A stretch of DNA of 38,027 nucleotides, taken from a virus. Under the pieces are notes generated by a model. The model saw nothing but the letters and a program-made list of their open reading frames with translations, searched no databases and was not told the origin of the DNA. The stretch lies in IMG/VR virus record IMGVR_UViG_3300020187_000003. The stretch is one strand, 5' to 3'. The position numbers and the translations under genes are program-made. Positions 6,463-14,023 of the stretch are shown one piece after another. Position 1 is the stretch's first letter, and each line of letters begins with the position of its first letter.

Positions 6463-6506
6463 ACCAAACGCCCGATGTGACGCATTTCACATGTGACACA
6501 TGTCAC
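6397..6506. promoter_or_regulatory. Operator-like array: four copies of TGTGAC(A/G)CAT
   Basis: Perfect 15-bp tandem GTGACACATGACCAT x2 (6398-6412, 6413-6427), TGTGACGCAT (6476-6485), and the palindrome GTGACA-CA-TGTCAC (6493-6506), which ends 12 bp upstream of TTGACA. Confidence 0.5.
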
Positions 6507-6517
6507 CCCCTACCCCC

Positions 6518-6545
6518 TTGACAAAAATCCGGCGGCGGGTACCCT
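6518..6545 (+). promoter_or_regulatory. Candidate rightward sigma-70/SigA-type promoter
   Basis: TTGACA (6518-6523), a 16-nt spacer, then TACCCT (6540-6545, TANNNT type). Confidence 0.4.
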
Positions 6546-6819
6546 TAGGGGTGGAGGGCGGGTTAGGCGAGATTGGTGGGGGTGGGTTTTGGTGGGGATG
6601 GTACCTGGTGGTGGGTGGCTGGTTGTGGTGTGAAAAAGGCGGGGTACACTACAGTCGAGCTTATGGGTCCACCATAGGGTGGCTCTGCCACCATGTGTCT
6701 TTGCCCGCATAGGGCTATGTCTGGGACCATGTTTTGTTTTTGCGAGCAGTAAGCGAGCAGTCTTTGAACCCTCTGTATGTCTTTGTTTTATTGGGTTTTG
6801 AGATTTAATAAGTTTTTTC

Positions 6820-6848
6820 TTGACTTTGGCCTAGGGTGCAGCTAGGCT
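6820..6848 (+). promoter_or_regulatory. Candidate rightward promoter for the packaging/structural block
   Basis: TTGACT (6820-6825), a 17-nt spacer, then TAGGCT (6843-6848). It is preceded by an AT-rich, UP-like tract GAGATTTAATAAGTTTTTTC. Confidence 0.45.
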
Positions 6849-7001
6849 TTCAAATACCGGAGTGAGCGGCAGCGAGGGTCGCCTCCTTTAGTTCCGGCTC
6901 CTCGGGCACAGAGTGCAGAGAGGAGCTAGGTGCAGAGGCAGCGGGTGCAGCTATTTGGAGAGACTTGTGTCTCTAGTGTGGCGTGTGTAGGCTGCTCGTC
7001 T

Positions 7002-7166
7002 ATGGATGAGCTTGTGGATATGGTGGAGTTGTTAGAAGGTAAGGCTTTGTGGGGAGAAGGGTTGGAGCCTTCTTTGGTGCGTGAAGTGGCGCGTGTGCTG
7101 CAGGCGGCTATTGACGAGATCACTTTGTTGTGTGAGTTTGCTGCGGAAGTGGACGAGGGTTTCTGA
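7002..7166 (+). CDS. Possible small acidic helical protein (54 aa)
   Basis: ORF in the late leader, starting at MDELVD. No clear SD. It could instead be untranslated leader. Confidence 0.25.
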   Translation: MDELVDMVELLEGKALWGEGLEPSLVREVARVLQAAIDEITLLCEFAAEVDEGF

Positions 7167-7235
7167 TCGCTGGTATGGTGGTGCTCGCACCCGGTCATTC
7201 TTCCTCCTCTCTCAGGGTGGCCGGGTGCTTTAACC

Positions 7236-7706
7236 ATGAAGTTTGGAATGTTGCCTAATGAACCCGACACGACTGCTCGTGAATTGTCTGAGTTCGGTAA
7301 AGAACTGCTTGAGTGGGATACCACTCCTAGAGATTTGCGTGACGAAGGCGAAAAGACTTTGGTCGGCTATTGCAACAGTCGTGGCCATAGTCGCAATCGT
7401 TGTATGCGGACAATGCAAAGAGATGACTACAAGATGGCGCGTCGCCAACTGTCACTCGAAAAAGGTGAAGTCGACTACAAGACCAGAGCAATCCTTGACG
7501 TGGCCTACGAACAGGCACTGAAAGGGAACCCTCAGGCCCGCAAAGACTGGATGGCTTTCTACCAGCCGACAGCCCGCCACCTCACGCCCGCCAAGGTCGA
7601 CGTGCAGGTTAAAGAAGAACCGGTCCCTGTGGAAGCGGTGGAGCCTACGGCCATGAGCGATGAGGAATTAGAAGCTGCTGTAGCGGAATGGGCTAACGAT
7701 GGATAG
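7236..7706 (+). CDS. Putative small terminase subunit / DNA-binding protein (positional call)
   Basis: First sizeable ORF of the late block, upstream of TerL. It has a basic HTH-like centre (GYCNSRGHSRNRCMRTMQRD) and an acidic C-terminus. Confidence 0.5.
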   Translation: MKFGMLPNEPDTTARELSEFGKELLEWDTTPRDLRDEGEKTLVGYCNSRGHSRNRCMRTMQRDDYKMARRQLSLEKGEVDYKTRAILDVAYEQALKGNPQARKDWMAFYQPTARHLTPAKVDVQVKEEPVPVEAVEPTAMSDEELEAAVAEWANDG

Positions 7707-7742
7707 CCCCACGACTGCTCGCATCACGACTTTGAGGTCGGG

Positions 7743-8657
7743 ATGAGTCAGACTAGGCGAGAGATCCTTCTGCAGAACCGCTTGTTGAAGGGCACTAACC
7801 CTGCCAGCCGTTCGCTCGTTTTGGGTGGCGTGGATAACGCTGTGATTGCCGGTGCCCAAAACGCTGTGCTGGGTGGGAAAGATTCAAAAATAACTAATTC
7901 TGATTATTCAACGATTACAGGTGGCAACACAAACACTATTACTGGTTCTTTGGAATCAGGAATTGTTGGGGGAATAAGCTGCTCTATTAATGATGCGGCC
8001 GAATCTACAATAATGGCTTCTAGCGACACAACGATTAATGGTGCTAACTCTAGGGATGTTGTCGCCATCGGTTGTATTGGCAGCACTGTTGGCGCTCCTG
8101 GGGGAGCGTGGGGAGCGCGAAGAAGCCTGGTTCAAGGTTTTTACAATACTTTGGCAGCGACAGCAGATAGCTACGAAATTGTTTTGATGTCTCACACTTC
8201 TAGTGTGGACGATTCACGTTACGCAACAGTTTTGGGCGGGAGAGCTAACACCGTAACTGGAAGTTATTCAACTGTGGTGCTAGGAGGAGAAGACAACACT
8301 GTTACTGACAGCGTGAGAAGCTCCGTGATTTCTTCCCTTCGGAGCGAGCTTACTACCACATACCGCTCGGCAATTATTGGGGGCGACAGCAACTCGATTG
8401 ACAACTGTGTTTCATCAGCAGTTTTGGTGGGAGATAACAATACTAACAACAACGATTTTTCTGTCATGTTGGGCTGTGACACCCGCACATCTGTCGGCCA
8501 GTTTACAACGCACGTAGAAAATTTTAAAGCTTTCGGTGCCACCATTGATTTCGGGGCGCTTCCAACTACCCCCACTCCATACTTGCAACCTGCTTTGACG
8601 GCAGGGCAGTTGTGGGTTTCAGGCACTTCTCCAAACAAATATTTAAGAATGGCATAG
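7743..8657 (+). CDS. Beta-helix-type repeat protein (GG-x-x-N-x-I/V periodic repeats), fibre/adhesin-like
   Basis: GAGG SD before the ATG. Repeats such as VLGGRANTVTGSYSTVVLGGEDNTVT, ITGGNTNTITG and IIGGDSNSID. GC is markedly lower than the neighbouring sequence. Confidence 0.75.
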   Translation: MSQTRREILLQNRLLKGTNPASRSLVLGGVDNAVIAGAQNAVLGGKDSKITNSDYSTITGGNTNTITGSLESGIVGGISCSINDAAESTIMASSDTTINGANSRDVVAIGCIGSTVGAPGGAWGARRSLVQGFYNTLAATADSYEIVLMSHTSSVDDSRYATVLGGRANTVTGSYSTVVLGGEDNTVTDSVRSSVISSLRSELTTTYRSAIIGGDSNSIDNCVSSAVLVGDNNTNNNDFSVMLGCDTRTSVGQFTTHVENFKAFGATIDFGALPTTPTPYLQPALTAGQLWVSGTSPNKYLRMA

Positions 8658-8665
8658 GAGCAGGC

Positions 8666-9031
8666 ATGCATTTAAGATCAGCAAAACTTGTAGACCTTAA
8701 AATGTTTAAGCAGGCGTTTGAGGCTTCTCCAAAAGCAGCGTTTCAGTCTGTAATGACCGATGAATCGGGCAAACCGTCTGGACGTGAAGTGGCTGTGTAC
8801 ACGAATTCTGGTCCTGCAGGGGAAATAGTTGGGATCATGACGTGGAAAGACGCTCTAATAGTTTTGGCAGACGTGAAAAATTATTCGTTTTTAGAAGGTG
8901 AAGCCCTGAATGAAGAAGGTGAGCTGGCGCTCATAGTCGGGGAATCTGATAACAAAAAGACAGATCGGCTGCTGGCAAAGCGTGCAGATTTGCAAGCGAA
9001 GATTAACAAAATAGATGAACGGCTAGCGTGA
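8666..9031 (+). CDS. Hypothetical protein (121 aa) with a coiled-coil C-terminus
   Basis: AGGAG SD lies 5 nt before ATG 8666. This start is preferred over the longer ORF start 8612, which overlaps the previous gene. Confidence 0.65.
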   Translation: MHLRSAKLVDLKMFKQAFEASPKAAFQSVMTDESGKPSGREVAVYTNSGPAGEIVGIMTWKDALIVLADVKNYSFLEGEALNEEGELALIVGESDNKKTDRLLAKRADLQAKINKIDERLA

Positions 9032-9165
9032 TGGACGCTGCGGGCTGGTGGGACATGGTTAAAGGTGAGCAGATGTCGCCGCTAGTAGGCCACGTTTTGA
9101 CAAGTCTGGTGTTGTATGCGGAACAGTTGGAGGTTGCTCAACCTGAAAAAGATGAGGAAGAGTAA
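9031..9165 (+). CDS. Possible 44-aa coupled mini-ORF
   Basis: TGATG overlap with the upstream stop and TAATG overlap with the TerL start. Too short for the ORF track. Translates as MDAAGWWDMVKGEQ...EKDEEE. Confidence 0.35.
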   Translation: MDAAGWWDMVKGEQMSPLVGHVLTSLVLYAEQLEVAQPEKDEEE

Positions 9166-10763
9166 TGGCTTCCAGGGAGGAGGTTGAGCAAGAGGTAGAG
9201 TTCCGCCGTTGCAAAGCAAACGTGTTCTATTTTTTAGAAACGTATTGGCACATTTCGACTCCTGGGGCTTCGCCGTTGTTTGAGTTGCGAGAGCCTCAGC
9301 GGATAGCTTTGGAAACGTGGGAAAGCGGCGAAAACACTATTTCGTTGAAAGCCCGCCAGATTGGCTGGTCGACTCTGTCTGCTGCTTACGCGTTTTGGAT
9401 AGCGTTCTTTCACCCTGACCAAACGATTGTAATGCTTTCTCGTACCGAAAATTTTGCTAAAAAGCTATTGCAGATGAGCAAGTATGGTTATGCCCGCATT
9501 CCTGACTGGATGAAAGAGCGTGGGCCTGCGGTTGAGAAACAGAATCTGCTTGAGCTTAATTTTCAGAACGGTTCTTCTATCGAGTCAATGGCTTCCCGTG
9601 AGAACGCTGCTCGTGGCATTACGGCTTCTTTGATTATTGCTGACGAGTGGGCGTTCTTTAACGATCCTGCTGAGGCTTGGACTGCTATCTATCCCGCGAC
9701 TGAAGTTGGCGGGCAGATTATTGGCATCTCTACGGCTAACGGGTTTGGCAACTGGTTCCACAAGTTTTACAATTCTGCCAAGGCTGGAACCAACAATTTT
9801 AAGGCAATGTTTTTTCCTTGGAATTCCATTCCGTCTCGTGACGAGGCATGGTACTTGCAGCGCACGAAGGACATGGAACCTTGGCAGTTGTCGCAGGAAT
9901 ACCCGGCTACTGACGAAGAAGCATTTATAGCTTCGGGTAACCCGGCATTTGACACTGACATGTTGAAGTCTCGTATAGAGATTTTGCCGCCCGCTTTTGA
10001 AGGGATACTGGCAGAAGGGGACGACGGGGTCGCCACTCTTGTCCGGGTTCCTGAGCCGAACTTGAAAGTGTGGGAGAAACCGCAAGGCGGCATGCTGTAT
10101 GTGGTAGGCGCTGACGTGGCTACTGGTGCAGAGGACGGCGACTACTCTACAGCCACTGTGATTAAAGCGAACACGGGCCAGGTTGTGGCTGTGTTCCGTG
10201 AACGTATTGTGCCTGAAGACTTTTCTGATTATTTGGCTAGGTTGGCGTTGTGGTACAACACGGCTTTGCTCGCTCCTGAACGGAACACGCATGGCCTGGT
10301 GGTGGTGCGGAGGCTCACGTACGATTTGAAGTACCCGAATCTTTACATGCATGTGCGTGACAACATCCGGCAGTCTGTAACACGCAATGTGGGCTGGCAT
10401 ACGAACCAGGCTTCAAAGATGGTTTTGGTTGACGAGCTGGGGGCAGGGTTGCGGCGTGGAAAGCTTATCCTTCATTGTGAGGATACGTTTACGGAGTTGT
10501 TGGCTTTCTCTCGTAAGACTCGTTCGGGCGGGAACACTGTGTATGAGGGGAAGCCTCATGATGATCTTGTTATTTCTTTGGGTATTGCCAATATGGCGTT
10601 GCAGCAGGTTCATGTCCCTGAGATAAAAGAAGAAGAGCCGGATGGGTTAACTATGGCTTTTTTTGAATCATTGGTAGACCGGGCGAAAGGTGCAACAAAA
10701 ACGCCCTATACTGCTGGTTACAGAAAACCGCCGACTACACCGGACTTTGTGATTTATGCTTAA
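9165..10763 (+). CDS. terL: Terminase large subunit
   Basis: Walker-A-like KARQIGWST, Walker B LIIADEWAF, and a coupling motif ISTANG. Nuclease-domain acidic residues are present (VGADVATG, HDDLVISL). 532 aa, immediately upstream of the portal. Confidence 0.93.
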   Translation: MASREEVEQEVEFRRCKANVFYFLETYWHISTPGASPLFELREPQRIALETWESGENTISLKARQIGWSTLSAAYAFWIAFFHPDQTIVMLSRTENFAKKLLQMSKYGYARIPDWMKERGPAVEKQNLLELNFQNGSSIESMASRENAARGITASLIIADEWAFFNDPAEAWTAIYPATEVGGQIIGISTANGFGNWFHKFYNSAKAGTNNFKAMFFPWNSIPSRDEAWYLQRTKDMEPWQLSQEYPATDEEAFIASGNPAFDTDMLKSRIEILPPAFEGILAEGDDGVATLVRVPEPNLKVWEKPQGGMLYVVGADVATGAEDGDYSTATVIKANTGQVVAVFRERIVPEDFSDYLARLALWYNTALLAPERNTHGLVVVRRLTYDLKYPNLYMHVRDNIRQSVTRNVGWHTNQASKMVLVDELGAGLRRGKLILHCEDTFTELLAFSRKTRSGGNTVYEGKPHDDLVISLGIANMALQQVHVPEIKEEEPDGLTMAFFESLVDRAKGATKTPYTAGYRKPPTTPDFVIYA

Positions 10764-11058
10764 CGAATACACACCGCATCATGCTGTATGCAATGATTGC
10801 AATACGGTGTTTGAAGATTTGCACAAGCACGGGGTGTGTTTTGGTTGCAAAATATCTACTTTGACTTTTGACAAAGTTTCTTATATTGAAGACGGAATGG
10901 CTGAAAAAGAATTAGTGGCAGCTAACGCTGCTTCGGGCCGGAAGATTGTTAGGGCTTCTCAGACGGACCCGGATAAGCAAGCAGAAGCAAAGAAGACAGT
11001 AAAGCCAACTCTCTCTGACGAGACTAAACGACGGATTTATCAAACTCATGGACGCTAA
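10756..11058 (+). CDS. Small zinc-ribbon protein (CNDC...CFGC)
   Basis: Overlaps the TerL end and the portal start. Two CxxC pairs and a basic C-terminus. Confidence 0.55.
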   Translation: MLNEYTPHHAVCNDCNTVFEDLHKHGVCFGCKISTLTFDKVSYIEDGMAEKELVAANAASGRKIVRASQTDPDKQAEAKKTVKPTLSDETKRRIYQTHGR

Positions 11059-13150
11059 CGAACTTATACCCGCTCCTTCTGGGCGCGTGCCCGTGAAGAG
11101 GCAGCAGAAACTAGCTGATTACCGGGCTGAAATTGCTGCTTCGCAACATCAGATGGAGGAGAAGAAGTATCACGAGAAGTGGCGGCGGTTCATACACATG
11201 TATGAAGCGAATCTTAATTATTCGACTGACCCGGCAGTAGACTCGATAGATGTTCCTATTGCGTTTGCAAACGTCAACATCCTGCGCTCTGCGTTGACGG
11301 TCAACCATCCTAAGTTTACGGCTTCGCCTCGCAACCTCCAATCTCATCTGGCTGCGACTTTGTGCGAAGAGATCGTAAATTGGGAGTGGTATCACAACGA
11401 CATCCAAGATGAGATCCGCAGGACTACAGACGATTTGTTGATAACTGGCAATGGTTTTATCAAGGTTGGGTATCAGCTTGACACGTATGGGAAGCGTTCG
11501 GATGTGAGCCAGCTTGCTTCGCCTGCCCCTATGGGTGGCATTGATTACGCAGCGTTTGAACAGCCAGGCTACAACAAAGAGTTTGATAAAACTGTTGAAG
11601 GCGCTGCGCAGGTTTTGAATTCTAGGGCAGCTATGGGTTCAGATCTACCCTCTCGTTCTGCGATGGCTAAGCAGTTGCGGGAGCAGGGTTCAATCATTGT
11701 TAAAGATGATTGTGTAGTCGAGCGGGTAAGCGTCTTTGACATGCTCGTTGATTCGACCGCTACGTCTATGAAGAACTTGCAGTGGATTGCGCAGCGCGTG
11801 CCGGTGCGTAGCGATGTGGCCCAGAACAATAAAAACTGGGCACCTCGGATTCGCAAGCAGTTGCGTGCGGGGCAGAAATCTATTGCTGAAGATCCTGAAG
11901 ATGAGGGCTTTAACGCCCGTTACAACTCGCCTAACTCTTCCATAAGCCAAGGCCGTCCTGGTGGGGAAAAGATTGAATGGGTGATTGTGTGGGAGTTTTA
12001 CGACTTGCAAGAAGGAACTATGTGTGTCTTTGATGACAACATGGCAGACGATTTTCTTGTAGAGCCTCAGCCAATGCCGTTCAAGTTTGGCCACCCGTTT
12101 ATCCATATTGGTAATTATTCTGTGCCTGACAAGTTCTGGCACATTGGCGATCTTGAACGCATTGAAACTCTCCAGATGGAGATTAACAAAACGCATTCGG
12201 CTCTGGTAAACGACCGTAAAGGTTTCCAGCGGAAATGGATGGTTCGTGAAGATTACTTGACTGACGCTGGCCCTAACTCGCTATCGGAAGTGTTGCGTTC
12301 TGAAGACGACAACTTGATTGCTTCGATCCCGATTAAGGGGCAAGGGGTCAGGATGGAAGACATTATTTCCAGAGTCCCTTCACCAGCGTTAGATCCGGCT
12401 TTGTACAGTGTGGGGTCCAAGCTGCAGAATCTGATGAATGAGGTGAGTGGCATTTCGGATTTCCAGCGTGGCGCTTCTGGCGGCGGCGGCACTGCAACTG
12501 AAGCAGCGATCATTAATGATGGCACTCTTGCTCGCATGAAAGAGAAGCAGGGCAAGCTTGAGCATCTGATGCGCGATGTAGCCCGCCGTCTTGTGCAACT
12601 TAAAATGCAGTACATGAAATCTGAAAAGATGTTGCGCATTTCTTTGGGTGCTAACCCGCAGTCTGCCGAAAAGCTGCGTAATGCTGGTGTGGATTTGAAG
12701 GGAGCCAACTCGCAGGATCCGACTGAGTTGTTTACGTCTTACACCGCTAAAGATATTCAAGGTGAGTACGACGTTATTGTGGAAGCAGGATCTTCTACGG
12801 CGTTTAATGAATCGCAGCGTCGCCGATCTATTCAGGAGATGCTGGCGACTGTCGGCCCGTTTTTGCAGATGGGCAAGATTGATGTTGACGCATTGTTGAC
12901 TTATGTGTTGCGGTTTGGGTTTGGCATACCGAATGCTTCAGAGTTCATGGTCGGGACGGCCCCTGAGCCTGCGGGTCCGCAGGGCGGAATGGTAGAGCCT
13001 GGAGCGGGGCCTGGTGGGGGTTTGCCGCCTGATTTAATGGCCATGATGCAAGGCCAGGGTGGCCCTGCTGGGGTGCCGTCTGTGGCTGGCGGGGTGTTGC
13101 AGCCTTCTGGTGGGGTGCCTCAGTCTGCGGCTCAACCACCACCTTATTAA
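11048..13150 (+). CDS. Portal protein
   Basis: 700-aa ORF directly after TerL and before the scaffold/capsid genes. The Gly/Pro-rich C-terminal tail is unusual. Confidence 0.8.
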   Translation: MDANELIPAPSGRVPVKRQQKLADYRAEIAASQHQMEEKKYHEKWRRFIHMYEANLNYSTDPAVDSIDVPIAFANVNILRSALTVNHPKFTASPRNLQSHLAATLCEEIVNWEWYHNDIQDEIRRTTDDLLITGNGFIKVGYQLDTYGKRSDVSQLASPAPMGGIDYAAFEQPGYNKEFDKTVEGAAQVLNSRAAMGSDLPSRSAMAKQLREQGSIIVKDDCVVERVSVFDMLVDSTATSMKNLQWIAQRVPVRSDVAQNNKNWAPRIRKQLRAGQKSIAEDPEDEGFNARYNSPNSSISQGRPGGEKIEWVIVWEFYDLQEGTMCVFDDNMADDFLVEPQPMPFKFGHPFIHIGNYSVPDKFWHIGDLERIETLQMEINKTHSALVNDRKGFQRKWMVREDYLTDAGPNSLSEVLRSEDDNLIASIPIKGQGVRMEDIISRVPSPALDPALYSVGSKLQNLMNEVSGISDFQRGASGGGGTATEAAIINDGTLARMKEKQGKLEHLMRDVARRLVQLKMQYMKSEKMLRISLGANPQSAEKLRNAGVDLKGANSQDPTELFTSYTAKDIQGEYDVIVEAGSSTAFNESQRRRSIQEMLATVGPFLQMGKIDVDALLTYVLRFGFGIPNASEFMVGTAPEPAGPQGGMVEPGAGPGGGLPPDLMAMMQGQGGPAGVPSVAGGVLQPSGGVPQSAAQPPPY

Positions 13151-13230
13151 GTCGCGAGTTGTGGTGCATGCTCTTTTAGTGTCATAATAGGGATTGTCCG
13201 TACAATCGGACATTCGAACTATTAGAGGAT

Positions 13231-13995
13231 GTGACCCCTGTGAATTCAGGACTAGTCAATGCAGCCGAAGACTCGAACCCTTCCAAGCAAATAGATATGA
13301 CCCAAATGGTCCCTGTCACCATCAAAGGTGTAACTACCGAAATGACTTTGCAAGAAGTCGTTAACGGCTACGCCTCAAGACAAATGGTGACAGAAGCTAC
13401 AACGCGAGCAGCAGAGTTGCAGAAACAGGTCGAAGCTTTTGACCGTTTCAAACAACAGCTTCAGACAGATCCTAATCGGATTGTCACGGGGCTTGCTGAA
13501 CGTTTTCAGGTTAATATATCTCCTACCAGGGCCAGCGATGATTACCCTGATGACGACCCAGAGGTGGACTCTGAGTTGGTGGAAGTCAAGAAACAAGTGG
13601 CAGAGACAACAAGGCAAATGGCTTTGTTGCAAAACCAGTTGGCAACCAAAGCACATGAATCTGAAATTGAAACAAAACTTTCGGGCCTGCAACAGGCCCA
13701 CGGCGATGCTTTCGATAAGGACAAGGTACTTAATTACGCGTTGGTTAATGATATTAACGATGTGGAAACAGCGTTTAAGGCATGGCGTTTCGATGAAGGA
13801 CTTTCAACCCCTTCTCCCGACGGCACGCTTGACAGTGCTGTCCAGGCATTGGGGCAGATTGCTCCTGGTGCACCTACCGCTACACCGGCCCCGGCTAAAG
13901 CCGCTTACGAAGCTCCTAAGGACATTCGTGAGTCGCTGCGCCGAGCGTATGCTGCGGCGGATATGGACATGGATGAGATACTTAGTTCCGTATGA
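13231..13995 (+). CDS. Scaffolding protein (start uncertain: GTG 13231 or GTG 13240)
   Basis: Acidic, Q/E-rich, coiled-coil-like 254-aa ORF between portal and capsid. The GAGGA SD fits GTG 13240 better. Confidence 0.65.
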   Translation: MTPVNSGLVNAAEDSNPSKQIDMTQMVPVTIKGVTTEMTLQEVVNGYASRQMVTEATTRAAELQKQVEAFDRFKQQLQTDPNRIVTGLAERFQVNISPTRASDDYPDDDPEVDSELVEVKKQVAETTRQMALLQNQLATKAHESEIETKLSGLQQAHGDAFDKDKVLNYALVNDINDVETAFKAWRFDEGLSTPSPDGTLDSAVQALGQIAPGAPTATPAPAKAAYEAPKDIRESLRRAYAAADMDMDEILSSV

Positions 13996-14023
13996 TCCTG
14001 TGCAACATTTTTAGGAGAAAACA

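Noticed and set aside
6573-6615. Cluster of TGGTGG / CTGGTGG units resembling E. coli-type Chi (GCTGGTGG).
   Set aside because: None is a full 8-mer. The host is inferred to be an actinobacterium, whose Chi is not this sequence as far as I know. I kept it only as part of the G-rich RNA observation.
6500-6712. 70-aa plus-strand ORF and 66-aa minus-strand ORF (6510-6710) in the G-rich segment of the hub.
   Set aside because: The plus-strand ORF begins upstream of, and spans, the TTGACA promoter. Its product is a Gly/Trp run dictated by the GGTGG repeats. There is no SD. I treat the segment as non-coding RNA or DNA signal.
9585-10400. 271-aa minus-strand ORF inside TerL. Similar long antisense ORFs occur at 11690-12196, 16234-16806, 17690-18460, 23124-23705 and 25291-26019.
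   Set aside because: They lie entirely antisense to well-supported genes. Their products are Arg/Ser/His-rich and low-complexity, with no SD or coupling, which is typical of shadow ORFs in moderately GC-rich DNA.
13195-13225. TTCGAA-containing hairpin region considered as a tRNA T-arm. AGAATCC at about 5875 was also checked.
   Set aside because: No acceptor, D or anticodon arms can be drawn around either site. I found no tRNA-like cloverleaf anywhere in the window by eye.
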